Assembly: GCF_006345805.1 (NCBI RefSeq)
Contig: NC_042998.1
Span: 135,408,001-135,472,000 of the forward strand
Direction: 5' to 3'
Length of the DNA: 64,000 nucleotides
From: Octopus sinensis
Lineage: Eukaryota
Program-made: the position numbers and the translations under genes
The notes under the pieces: generated by a model
What the model saw: only the letters and a program-made list of their open reading frames with translations
Database searches by the model: none
Told to the model about the DNA's origin: nothing
Part shown: positions 1-13,655 of the stretch, piece by piece
How positions within the stretch are numbered: position 1 is the first letter of the stretch
Layout: each line of letters begins with the position of its first letter

Positions 1-10
1 CATACATACA

Positions 11-41
<31 letters not shown>

Positions 42-837
42 TTAGTTTGTGCTTCTCTCACTCTATCAGTGTGTGCGTGTGTGTGTGTGTGTGTGTGTGA
101 GTGAGTGTGAATATGCGTGTGTGCTTGCAGCTCATGTGCGTTAGTAAATCTTTTTTTTTATGTATGACTATATATCTATGTATCTGTATGTTCCTATATG
201 TACGTACGTATACCAACATAGATACATATGACTATATATCTATGTATCTATATGTTGGTATATGTACGTACGTACGCATGTATGTGTGTAGGTATGAATG
301 TATATATGGATGGATGGATGGATGGATGGTTGGATGGATGGATGGATGGATGGTTGGATGGATGGATGGATGGTTGGATGGATGGTTTGCTAGATGGATA
401 GTTGAATGGTTGGGTGGGTGGATTGATGGATTGATAGCTGTATGTGTAGTGTTATACAAGTGTGTGCATTTAATGAATGTAGCCCCCTGGATGAAGATGT
501 ATACGTGTTAATATGACTTGTGTGTATGTTTGAGATATGCACTGTGTATGTATATATATGTATGCGTGCGGCATTAATAATCCCTGAGAAAGGCAGAAAT
601 GTCTTCAGTCTACTTTATAATAGACTAACATTATTAGATAATCTATAATAGATGATTCACTCGCACACATGTATACATTTGTAAAGGAATGTAGAATGTA
701 GTCAATACACGCACACACGCACACACGCACACACACACACACACACACAGATGTCCACATAGCCACGCATACATATGTGGATGTGAAAGCATATATATAT
801 ATATATATACACACGTGCGCGCACGCACGCACATACA

Positions 838-869
<32 letters not shown>

Positions 870-880
870 CATATCTATAT
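1..880. repeat. Compound microsatellite field (CATA)n, (TG)n, (GGAT)n, (CA)n, (TA)n
   Basis: Seen directly. Confidence 0.95.
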
Positions 881-1036
881 ATTGTGTGCTAAGTAACTTG
901 CTTACCAACCACATGGTTGCGAGTTCAGTCCCGCTGCGTGGCACCTTGGGCAAGTGTCTTCTACTATAGCCTCGGGTCGACCAAGCCTTGTGAGTGGATT
1001 CGGTAGACGGAACTGAAAGAAGACCGTTGTATATAT

Positions 1037-1078
<42 letters not shown>

Positions 1079-1352
1079 ATATATATGTGTTGTGTGTGTG
1101 TGTGTGTGTGTGTAGGTGTGTGTGTGTGTGTATGTATGTATGTGTATATGTTCGTGTGTGTGTGTGTTTGTCCCCCAACATTGCTTGACAACCAATGCTG
1201 CTGTGTTTACACCCCAGTAACTGAGCAGTTCGGCAACAGAGACTAATAGAATAAGTACTAGGCTTACAAAGAATAAGTCCTGGGTTCGATTTGCTCGACT
1301 AAAGGCGGTGCTCCAGCATGGCCGCAGTCAAATGACTAAAACAAGTAAAAGA
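881..1352 (+). mobile_element. tRNA-derived SINE family A (internal TA/TG microsatellite, tail type 1)
   Basis: Head ...ccaaccacatggtt.cgagttcagtccc.ctgcgtggcaccttgggcaagtgtc, then microsatellite, then tail ...ccagcatggccgcagtcaaatgactaaaacaagtaaaaga; many copies in the window. Confidence 0.85.
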
Positions 1353-1694
1353 ATATATATATATTTGTGTGTTTGTGTATACACAGATAGATCGATCGAT
1401 AGATAGACAGATACATACATACATACATACATACATACATACATACATACATACATACATACATACATGCATACACACATACATACATACATGCATACAC
1501 ACATACATACATATATGCATAACACATACATACATACATACATACATACATACATACATACATACATACATACATACATACATACATACATACATACATA
1601 CATACATGCATACATACATACATTTAATGTCACACAGACATATTTGTAAATATATACACATACATTTGTATGGAAATTTCATATGTATTTATGC

Positions 1695-2066
1695 ATAGGC
1701 GCAGTAGTGGCTGTGTGGTAAGTAGCTTGCTAACCAACCACATGGTTCCGGGTTCAGTCCCACTGCGTGGTACCTTGGGCAAGTGTCTTCTGCTATAGCC
1801 TCGGGCCGACCAAAGCCTTGTGAGTGGATTTGGTAGACGGAAACTGAAAGAAGCCTGTCATATATAATTTATATATTATATGTATGTTGTTTTGTGTTGT
1901 CTGTTTTGTCCCCCAAGCATTGCTTGACAACCGATGCTGGTGTGTTTACGTCCCCGTCACTTACTGGGCTTACAAAAAAAGAATAAGTCCTGGGGTCGAG
2001 TTGCTCGACTAAAGGCGGTACTCCAGCATGGCCGCAGTCAAATGACTGAAACAAGTAAAAGAGTAT
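1695..2066 (+). mobile_element. SINE family A, near full length
   Basis: Same head and tail as the 881-1352 copy. Confidence 0.88.
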
Positions 2067-2715
2067 ACATGTATGTACTAGCCTAAAAGCTGCGCTATCA
2101 AGCGGCTTTTTCGCTAGATCCTGTGGAGGGCTCGTCATTGGGCCTTGAGCCCAATAATGACACTTCATGCATTGAGTACATAGTAGATTTTATTAAACTT
2201 GACCAAGATTTTTCAAGTAATGAACAATTTTCATCAAAACAATGATATATGTCGACTTGGAACTTATTGCAAAGCTGCATGATAAACAACATTTTTTGTC
2301 TTCCCATTCGGGAGTCAGTACAATTTCTTATTTTCTGTCTAACGTCTTTCTTTCTCTCTCTTTCTTTCTGTTGAATTGTTTTCAACCATCACCATCACCA
2401 GTACCACCACCACCACCATCGTCACCACAACTGCTATACACACCATTCAGACTTCTGACGCCACCAACATTTGACTTCGCCGCCTTCCCCTCCTCTACCA
2501 ACACCACTATCTTTCACATCTCTTGCTATCACCGTCGTGCTTGACCGCCTCAGCTACCACCACCACCACCACTACTGTTGCCACTGCTCTATCACAACTA
2601 CAGCTCATACTATTACTATCATCCCATTAAGGAGTAGTAGAAATGTCATTGAATAGTGAGAGAAGGGGTCAAAGTGTGACACACTGATACACTGAAATTT
2701 GTTTTGGCATTAAGA

Positions 2716-3260
<545 letters not shown>

Positions 3261-3984
3261 TGGCCATCCTAGCAATACTATAGGCGCCTGGGCAAATCAG
3301 TGTACAAGACCCTATAGTATTTATTGACAACAAGCAATTGCATACGTAGCTCTGCATTGGGCCCCTAGACCTATGACACTGGACAACTGACCAGGTAGTG
3401 TGTGTGTATGTGTGCGTATGTGTATATGTGTCTATAATCTATGCATGTCTGTGAGCTGGAGTGTGTGTGCACATTTAGAGTGAGCTTATGTGTCAGATTG
3501 TATGCATGTTTTATATCTAAAATGCATGTCAATATATGGTTTGAAAATAGAGAAAAAATCTCAAGGTATTGGATAAAGAATACACAGAGAAAACAAGACG
3601 GAGAGATTAAAATACCTCAGAGCTTGCCAGTTAGCTAAATAATGAATTTGATAGATGAAAAGCGAATAGAGAGCTTTAAATACACGGAAAAGTTGTTGAG
3701 ATTGATACGCAGAGAGCGAGCGGGTAGAAAAGTTGCAACTAGAGAAGTTGGTGTTTATGACGTCAATGGAAAACTAGAAACGGGGAAGAAGAATTCATGA
3801 GATATCGTAACTAGAAACCTGACAGTAGAGAGGTGAAAACTAGATGAGATTATGAAAAGGTTAATACATATGGATTCATAAAAAGTAAGGTGAGTGTGAT
3901 TTATGGAGATGGCTGAACGTTTGTGACAGAGTTGGAACGTAAAACAGATGAATAAGAGATTTTAAGAAATACAAAGTATAGAGA

Positions 3985-4600
3985 GGCTGGAAAGCAACCA
4001 TGCTAGACGTGCTAACATGACTAAGGTCATGTTCAACAGGCACGTTAGACTAACGTCCGTTTCCGTAAACGGTAAAACCATAGAAGAGTAAGATAATTAT
4101 GTTTACCTTGGAAAGATGGTGACGAAAGTCGGAAATCTCTTCCTGGAAGTCAAGAGAGTAGAACTTGGTTGGGCGGCCTTTGGGAAAGTAGAAAACTTCA
4201 TGAGAAGTCCCAAGGCTTCCATAAAATTTAGAAGAAAGATCTTTAACGAGTACATCCCGCCAGTGATAATTTACGACAGTGAAACATGGGCTCTGAGCAC
4301 TATCATCATGAACGCCCAACGGAAAATGGAACGAATCCTGCTCGGCATCACACTGCGGGACAAGAAAACCAACATCTGGATTCGACAGCGCACGAGAGTC
4401 AATAACATCATAAGCATGATCACGAAGAACACATATAGATGGGTTGGCCACATCGCACGACTGAAGGACAACAGATGGACAGTCAGGGTGTCAGACAACG
4501 GACACGATCAAGAGGGCGACCAAAGACAAGATGGAGAGATAATTTCACCTACTACCTGGGACTTACATAGCCACGACTGGCCAAAGACAGACAGAGATGG
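3985..4600 (+). mobile_element. RTE-clade LINE remnant (C-terminal part of ORF2)
   Basis: TKVMFN..YVYLGK..EVKRVELGWAAF..IIYDSETWAL..QRKMERILLGITLRDK..RWVGHIARLKDNRW matches the RTE post-RT domain; frameshifted. Confidence 0.85.
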
Positions 4601-5129
4601 AAGGAGTCCAGGGAATGATGAAACCTTGGTTGAATTTGAGGTTGAGAGTGCTTTGGTCAAGGGAAAAAGTAGAGATCTTGAAATATAGATTTGAGAAACA
4701 TTTGAAGTTTCAAATTTACAAGGGATTTGAGAAATATAGACTCTGCAAATAACTAGAAACTTAGTTCTTCTTCAGAAAATAACAGACGACGGTAAAACAT
4801 AAGAAGAATGTCGAGAATATATTACATAGGTATGATTATAATACTCGAAACATAGGGAGAAGGTTGAGAGCTTGCAATATAGCGAAGCGAAAGAGTGTTT
4901 GATAACTGTACTAGGTGTAGATGCATGGATCCGAGAGAGAAACATTGGGGCAAAAAGTAGTAAAGTATTACATTATGATAAGGTATTACATTAAAAATAT
5001 GGACTATTTATTGTAACGCATAGGAGAGGATAAGTCTGTAATTTCACCTCTGCTTACCAAGTTATACTATTTAAATACATATATCTTCTAATTTTCTTTT
5101 ACATTTCAAATTCATACACACACAGAGAC

Positions 5130-5133
5130 TATG

Positions 5134-5167
<34 letters not shown>

Positions 5168-6280
5168 TGTATGTATGTATGTATGTATGTATGTATGTAT
5201 GATGTATGTATGTATGTATGTATGTATGTATGTATGTATGTAGTTTTGTATGTATGTATGTATGTATGTATGTATGTATGTATGTATGTAGTTTTGTATG
5301 TATGTATGTATGTATGTATGTATGATGTATGTATGTATGTATGTATGTATGTATGTATGTATGTATGTATGTATGTATGTATGTATGTAGTTTTGTATGT
5401 ATGTATGTATGTATGTATGTATGTATGTATGTATGTATGTATGTAGTTATGTATGTATGTATGTATGGATGGATGGATGGATGGATTGATGGATGCATGT
5501 ATGTATGATTTTTCTCTGAGTTTAATTCAAGTTTTTTAGAGTGTTCAAGGCAGTTATTAGCAAAACGACAAAACGTTTTGAGTTAAGGGATTTCCCGGTG
5601 TTTGTAAATATGTGATTGAGTTGGTGTGTTGGTTGCACTGTCGATGCATACTCAAGTGTTTGCATTCATTCACCTAAAGAATCTCTAATGGAGAATTCTA
5701 GGAATCTCTTACAAATCTTTTTTGCGCGTATGTATGTATGTATGTATGTATGTATGTATGTATGTATGTATGTATGTATGTATGTATGTATGTATGTATG
5801 TATGTATGTAGTTATGTATGTATGTATGTATGTATGTATGTATGTATGTATGTATGCATGCATGTATGTGCGTATGTATGTATGCATGCATGTATGTGCG
5901 TATGTATGTATGTATGTATGTATGTATGTATGTATGTATGCATGCATGCATGCATGTATGTATGTATGTATGTATGTATGTATGTATGTATGTATGTATG
6001 CATGTGCATGTATGTATGTATGTATGTATGCATGCGCATGCATGTATGTATGTGCGTATGTATGTATGCATGCATGTATGTGCGTATGTATGTATGTATG
6101 TATGTATGTATGTATGTATGTCATGCATGCATGTATGTATGTATGTATGTATGTATGTATGTATGCATGTGCATGCATGTATGTATGTATGTATGCATGC
6201 GCATGCATGTATGTATGTGCGTATGTATGTATGTGTGTGTATGCATGTGTGTGAGTGTGTGTGTGTTCGCACACGCACGT
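5130..6280. repeat. Two long (TATG)n-based arrays (5130-5505, 5728-6280) with TGCA/TGCG variant units
   Basis: Seen directly. Confidence 0.95.
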
Positions 6281-6292
6281 GTGTACATATAT

Positions 6293-6590
6293 GACCTAGT
6301 GGTTAGGGTGTTGCACTCACGATCGCTAGATTGTGAGTTCGATTCGCGGACCGAGAGGCGCGTTATGTTCTTGAGCAAAGCACTTCATTTCACGTTACTC
6401 TGCGATCATTTCGACACTTGATGTGTGATACACTTGTGCACTTGTACAAGTAATATCAATTTGACCGAGGGAGTGGGCTAATGTACAGCACATACATTTG
6501 ATCACTATAAACATATAATTTATGCAAGTCGTTCAGCAAAAACTGAACACTCATACGTTGTCTACGACGGGAGATCTGTCTCCTCGATGT
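6293..6590 (+). mobile_element. tRNA-derived SINE family D (related heads at 22262-22495, 35452-35618, 53515-53815)
   Basis: A-box-like ctagtggttaggg and B-box-like gagttcgattc, followed by ..cttgagcaa(a/g)gcactt. Confidence 0.7.
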
Positions 6591-6813
6591 ATGTGCGATG
6601 GTTGAAGTTAGTGTGATAGTTCGATACTCAGCAGAGTCAGAGATATTGCCCTTCTTGACAACGGGACATGCTCCAGCGTTTTTCTCACAGAATACAACAT
6701 ATCCAGAGAGAGGAGAGGAAGATATAGGAGAGGGCGAAAAGGGAAAGAGATACAGAGAGAAGGGGGGGAGAAAGAGGGAAGAAGGAGAGAGGAAGAGAGT
6801 GAGAGGAGTGGGG

Positions 6814-6872
<59 letters not shown>

Positions 6873-7697
6873 AAGCATAAAAAAGGACAGATTAGTTTCA
6901 TAGAGGTCGCGTATATATAGAGGGGACAGGGGAGTGTTGATTACTAAGAGGAAAAGAGAAAGTTAAGAATGGAGATGTTTTCTACATAATGAACTCCTAC
7001 CCAAAGTATCCGATAGAGAGAGGGAATGTGAAACCGAGTGACATACATGATTTACGCCTATGTCTTCCACAGCTTCCATTAAAGTTTGCAACAGGATCGA
7101 TATTTGTTCACATCTTTCCAGAGTTGGTAAGATATTCTCAATAATGGTTGATTGAATAGTCCCCAGTATGGCTCAATCAACCAAACAAATTACCGTTAAT
7201 TTGGTGATTTTCAAATTGAACTAACAGTAGAAGTTCTTCAACACAACATTAAATTCTTAAAAAGTTATATATATATATATATATATATGTAAGAAAAAAA
7301 CCTTTACGAAAATTATTTTAAAGGAATGCACACATCGCATTTTCCTGCAAATGAATGTACAGGCACCGCTGCATTAAAACACTAATTTAAAAAAATATTT
7401 TGGTACTTTCAGACATTCCTTTAAAAATTTGCGCCACTATCTGGACCAACGGTGGAATAAGGGTTGAAAACGCTTGCTTTAGACAACTGGTGTTGTATAG
7501 TTAAAAATAATTGATAATTTCTGACTCAAGATCGATATAAATGATTAATATGACTTGATGTCAATCTGGCTTTTGGTCGATATGATGTGAAGTCATTATG
7601 AGGAGAGGCAAACCTTCGTTTTGACCTTCATACAATTTCTATACCATCGACAACCCACGATCTAAACACACTACTCTCTCTTCCTCCTTCTGTCTGT

Positions 7698-7846
<149 letters not shown>

Positions 7847-8004
7847 CTTCCTCTAACATGTCTACTCTCGCTAACAGTGGCCCGGGAACAAAATTTGCTT
7901 AGCGGGTGCATACCCAGGTTCAAACTTTTTTTTACGAAAAAAGGGGATTTTTTTTATGTTAACATTAAAACAAATGCAGGTATAATAATAATTATTATTA
8001 TTAA

Positions 8005-8330
8005 GAGGGTCGGCTGAAATCTTCATTAGCTAAAATATTTATGGAATGGGACCCAATGAAGTTCATTTTTTAACATAGTTCCTTTTACTGTCCACACACT
8101 TCCATCAGTGATTGCAGTGCTTGTGTCACACTGGTGAAGAAGCTACCCTGTTGGTCAAAAAAGTCATTAACAGCAGATAAGATGTCATTATCACAGCAAT
8201 ACTGATGCCCAGCCGAGTGTTTTCATGTTGGGAAACAGATGATAACCAGAAGGAACCAAATCACTAACATAGGGAGGATGATCAACCAGTTCAAAGCCAG
8301 TCATACATTGAAACCAATAACTTGTGTGCT
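8005..8330 (-). mobile_element. Degraded mariner transposase C-terminus
   Basis: The minus strand reads GFELVDHPPYVSDLVPSGYHLFPNMK (YSPDLAPSDYHLF-like). Confidence 0.7.
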
Positions 8331-8859
8331 GAAGTAGTGTCCTAATGAAACAAGACCTCATTCATCAGTTTTTCTGGGCGCTTGGTCTTGATAGCTTTTC
8401 GTAACTGCCTTAGCAAATTGGCATTAAACATTCAATTGGTGGTGAGATCATTTTGAAGATAGTCAATAAGCACTATATTTTTTGCATTAACATATAGCAT
8501 GTGCAATAATGTGAGGTATATTTTGTAAATTAAAATGTTTAATTTCAGAAATTTATCAAGCGAAGCAAATATAAGCAGTAAAAATACAAATTGCAATTAT
8601 TTCAAAATGTGGGACACTACATGACAAAAACTAACAAAAAAGAAACAAAATAGTGGTGTTTATCTTCCAAAGGTACGATGAGAGGGCTCTATGTGGGGTG
8701 CCACTGAATGGGAACAGAAATGGGGTGTGTGACATTACATTGACTAATAACAATAAAATAGTGCACAGGGAGTCCCCCCCCCACACACACAGAACACTTA
8801 GCATTGTAGGTGTTCTAATACCCACTGTCATATTTAATGACAATTATATTGTTTCAGTC

Positions 8860-9050
8860 ATTTACTGCAGCCATGCTGGAGTACCGCCTTAATGTGTTTT
8901 AGTCGAAGAAATCGACTTACTCTCTGTAAGCCTAATACTTATTCTATCAGGCTCTTTTGCCGAACAGCTAAATTACGGGAACGTAAACACACCAGCATCG
9001 GTTGTCAAACGATGGTGGGGGTGGGAACAAAGACACACACACGTGCAAAT
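8860..9050 (-). mobile_element. SINE family A 3' half
   Basis: Reverse complement of tail type 1. Confidence 0.8.
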
Positions 9051-9081
9051 AAACATACGCGCGCGTTCGCACGCACATATA

Positions 9082-10230
9082 CAGGGTACGGTGAATAAAC
9101 TGTCGTCTAAATTATGCAAAAATGAAAATAACACTATCTCATTTTAACAGGTATATTTACGAAAATTACATTAGAATATCTTGAAATACTAAAGACTAAA
9201 TTTATTCAATAAAATCGCCATTGGCTTCAACCACATCCTCCAAATGACTTCGGAATCTCTTCCAACTCTTCTGCACGGTCTCCTTGCTTAAGTTGGTGAA
9301 TGCTGCCTTCAGTCTCTCGTTCAACTGCGCTCCACATATGATAATCAAGGGGGTTGCAGCCTGGGGGGGGGGGATAGGTGGCCAGATGTTAGGGGTGATG
9401 TGGTCGCAGAAATTGTCTGACAAGCGAGCTGGCAGAAACGTTAGCACGCCGGGCGAAATGCTTAGCGGTATTTCGTCTGCCGCTACGTTCTGACTTCAAA
9501 TTCCGCCGAGGTTGGCTTTGCTTTCATCCTTTCGGGGTCGATAAGTTAAGTACCAGTTACGTACTGGGGTCGATGTAATCGATTAATCCCCCTGTCCGTC
9601 CTTATTTGTCCCTTCTATGTTTAGCCCCTTGTGGGCAATAAAGAAATAAGAAATTTCTGACAGTCATGATTGGGTTCTCCTGCTTGTGTAGAATGGTGCC
9701 GAGTCCTGTTGCTAGACATATGGTCTTCCAGCAGCCACCCTCTTGACCCAGGGCAGTACTACCTCCTCCAGGCATTTGATGTAAGCCTCCATGTTGAGTC
9801 TGAGGCCGTGTGAGAAGATGAATGGAGGCATAACGTCACCCTCACCAGTAATCACTCCAAACACCTTGTTATTGACTAGATGCTTGATTTTTGTCATTCT
9901 CGGTACATGTCCTCAGATTTCACTATCCTCCGATTGACACCCAAACATTCTGATATGTTCGTATTGGAGCTTCCGGTGCAAATGCCGAGCAGTACAGTAT
10001 GTCGCTTCCAAATTCCTGGCAGAGTGAATTGCGCCATGGTGCTGTTTTACTTACAGATGGTGCCCAACTGACCGTACTACGCTGTGTAGTCGACAAAATC
10101 AAACGCTTGATTTACGCGATCGCCATCACAATCTCGTTTGTTTTCACTGTCCCGTTTGTGTTACCAATCTTGACCCTCTGCAAAATCCCAAATTTGCTTT
10201 GCGGGAGCAACAGTTTTATCGAAAGCGTAT
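9082..10230 (-). mobile_element. Internally deleted Tc1/mariner-superfamily transposon, interrupted by a SINE
   Basis: N-terminus MAQFTLPGIWKRHTVLLGICTGSSNTNISECLGVN (ATG 10037) is joined to VFGVITGEGDVMPPFIF..YV*QQDSAP..NFCDHITPNIWPP..VVEANGDFIE*; TA|CAGGGT left end; right terminal repeat degenerate. Confidence 0.85.
9423..9649 (+). mobile_element. tRNA-derived SINE family B inserted in the Tc1 relic, with target-site duplication
   Basis: gagctggcagaaacgttagc...ttcaaattccgccgagg..ctttcatcctttcggggtcgataa..aagtaccag; flanked by agaaattgtctgaca (9408-9422) and agaaatttctgaca (9650-9663). Confidence 0.88.
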
Positions 10231-10403
10231 ATTGTTGTTAAATACTCGAAATACGAGACTAGAAAAACAGCCAACAACTGATGAAGAGTCGTTCTTTATG
10301 TTGTTTGTTTTGTTTTCCATTTGTGTCTTTCGTTGTTCGAAAGAATAGTTCATGTTCCATGTACTTCGTATTTTTTGTTGTACACGTTTCTTGACGTCCT
10401 GTG

Positions 10404-10449
<46 letters not shown>

Positions 10450-11016
10450 CATATATATATACGTATAGATTTAAGTATGTCATATACGTATGCATATATG
10501 CATATATGTATATATATATATATATATTATTCATATTATTATATGATTGAATGTCACGCATCCTCTTCCAAGTAATTTTTATCGTAATAATTCTGATGCG
10601 CACTCTATACGATCTTTTTACTCTTTCATTTCTCTCTTTTTCTATCTCTTATTCATTTACCTCCTCTTCTTCCACTATTCTGTCCTATTACTCTGTCACT
10701 CTCTCTCTCCTTCCCTCATCCTCCCTTGCTCACGTGGCTCCCACATGACCATCGGCAATCTTTCTTTCCCTCTGTTGTAGCTGGAACAAGGAAGACGTGT
10801 TTTTGTTTGTCTCCTGTTCTAGCTTGATTTACACGTTCGCCACAACCTCGTTTAGGCTTAGCAGCCCTTCCTGTTTGTTTTGTTTTCCATTTCTGTATTT
10901 CGTTGTTCGAAAGAGTAGTTCATGTTCCATGTACTCGTGCTTCATATTTTTGTTGTAAACGTTTCGTGACGTCCTGTGCCCACATATACATATACATACA
11001 TACATACATACATACA

Positions 11017-11052
<36 letters not shown>

Positions 11053-11104
11053 TGTACGTATAGATGTATGTACATATACGTATGTATATATGCATATATA
11101 TATC

Positions 11105-11318
11105 TCTTTACTCTTTTACTCTTTTACTTGTTTCAGTCATTTGACTGCGGCCATGCTAGAGCACTGCCTTTAGTCGAGCAAATCGACCCCGGGACTTATT
11201 CTTTGTAAGCCCAGTACTTATTCTATCGGTCTCTTTTGCCGAACCGCTAATGACGGGGACGTAAACACACCAGCATCGGTTGTCAAACAATGCTAGGGGG
11301 ACAAACATAGACACACAA

Positions 11319-11349
<31 letters not shown>

Positions 11350-11572
11350 CATATATACGACAGGCTTCTTTCAGTTTCCGGCTACCAAATCCACTCACAA
11401 CTATCCCCATGCTTCATTTTCTCTGAATACTACAACTGACCCAACATCATCATCATCATAACCATAATATTCTACTGCTACAATCACAACCGCTACTATT
11501 ATCATGCCTTTCTTGCCCAAGATGCCACGCAGTGGGACTGAACCCGTAACCACACAGCCACTCCTGCGCCTA
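11105..11572 (-). mobile_element. SINE family A carrying a 119-bp templated insertion; a second tail copy lies at 11621-11748 (+)
   Basis: Tail, microsatellite and head are recognisable; 11399-11517 is foreign sequence. Confidence 0.82.
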
Positions 11573-11760
11573 TATATATATTCATATTATTTATATCATT
11601 ATATGATTGAACGCTACGCATCCTCTTCCGATAGAATAAGTACTAGATTTACAAAGAATAAGTACTGGGGTCGATTTGTTCGACTGAAGGCGGTGCTCCA
11701 GCATGGTCACAGTCAAATGACTGAAACAAATAAAAGAATAAAAGAAAACAAATATATATA

Positions 11761-11802
<42 letters not shown>

Positions 11803-13003
11803 CACACTGTGAAACAAACTGATTAAAAAACTGCACAGAAGGTAGCAATTTGAAAGATTACATACAAGTGGTGGGGGAGAGTGGCGGTGGCTACAGTGGC
11901 ATTGGCGCAAGATGCGTATTTTGGTGTTGGCTGGTGTTGCTTGTACGAATTGTGTTTTGTCCCAGGTAAATGAGTGGAATTGCAGTTACTGTGTATGCAT
12001 AGTCCCTTGCATTGAGAAAACTGGCATATTTTGGGGGTATCACGTATTTATAGATTTTTCTTTATTTACAGTTGGCAGATTTATCATGGAGCTGTGAGCT
12101 ATATATCCAAATTGAGGTGGACAGTGATGGCAAGAAAGGCGTGATAATAGTAGCGGTTGTGGTTGTAGCAGTAGAATATTATGGTTATGATGATGATGAT
12201 GTTGGGCCAGTTGTAGTATTCAGAGAAAATGAAGCATGTGGATAGTTGGACAGTAAAGGGTTTTTCATGGTGGAGTTTAATAGGTCATTAATTGTATTAC
12301 TTTTGAGGAGTGACGCTGTTGTCGTTGCTGCTGCTCCTGTCTTATACTTTTAATTTTGATGTTGACGATGCGTCAGTTCAGTAGTATATTTTTCAAGAGA
12401 ATTCCTTTGGGAATTTTATGATCAATCAACATTTTGGACTTTTTATTTATTTTTGTCCTTTGTTCTAGTTTTGAGAAGAAACCTAACTTCAAGCAACTTT
12501 TTACAGATTAATTTTTAGATAATATTTTCTAAACATAGCGAAGTATATAGGGGATGCAAAGTTTGATTTTGCACCCGCTAAAAATCTTAGGGGGTGTATG
12601 CGAATCCCCTGCACCCCCTGTTCCCGAGCCCTTGCTCACTAAACTATAAAATAAGCACTTTTTCTCCAAACCTCGCCATCACTGATTTTCTCTGAATTTC
12701 CGCAGTCGTTATTCTATCAGACTTCGACCTATAAATACGCAAATAGAGTAACAATCAGTATTGATCTCAACATCCTCGATAATCATGTAAATAATATGAA
12801 ATGCATACCCTACCCTCTTTCAATAACCAAACTAAAAATATGGAAGCAAATAAGATGAGAAATCTTTCCTATCGGAAATAGAAAACACTGAGTTGTAGCC
12901 CCTGTTCTGTAAGCTCTCGCACGTGTGAAAATAATTCTGGTCAATGAACTGGAAGTCCTTCGATAGTATAAATATGCATATTTGTGTGGGGATATATATG
13001 TAT

Positions 13004-13042
<39 letters not shown>

Positions 13043-13192
13043 TGTGTGTGTGTGTGTGTGTGAGTGTGTGCGCGTGTGTGCGTGCGCGCTCATCCAAATA
13101 TACGTTATCACATATATATACACATATGTACATATATATTTATACTTATATATGCATATTAGTATACATGTATGTGCATATATATATGTATG

Positions 13193-13256
<64 letters not shown>

Positions 13257-13269
13257 GATATATATACAT

Positions 13270-13655
13270 AAATGATGGACTCTCCCGTCGGTTCCAACGT
13301 ATGAGGCCCCGGTAACGTACTCTTTCTTTATCGGTCATAATGCTAATGTCGAATGTGACATTTAAGTCCCGCCAACGATTTGCAAAGAAGGCCACAGATG
13401 CTACAAGGATGAAGATCACAGGTCAGTGCAGGTGGTAGTTTTGCAGCCACTATTCTCCATTGCCTTGCACCCCGAATCCTGTTAATGCTGGTTGCAACAA
13501 AGTTTTTAATACCATTTTGACACAACCATCTCCATTTTGTTCGTTCCAAGGCTGTTCGCTCAAAAGTGTTGTGAGCTATCTTAATCTCCAAGAGGTTACT
13601 CTTTAGATTGTCCTTATATCTGAGCCATGGTTGACCAACATTCCTGTAGCCACTC
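13270..13655 (-). mobile_element. RTE/BovB-like LINE 3' end with C2H2 zinc finger
   Basis: ESGYRNVGQPWLRYKDNLKSNL..FERTALERTKWRWLCQNG..CSICGLLCKSLAGLKCHIRH; RTE-type 3' tail. Confidence 0.85.
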
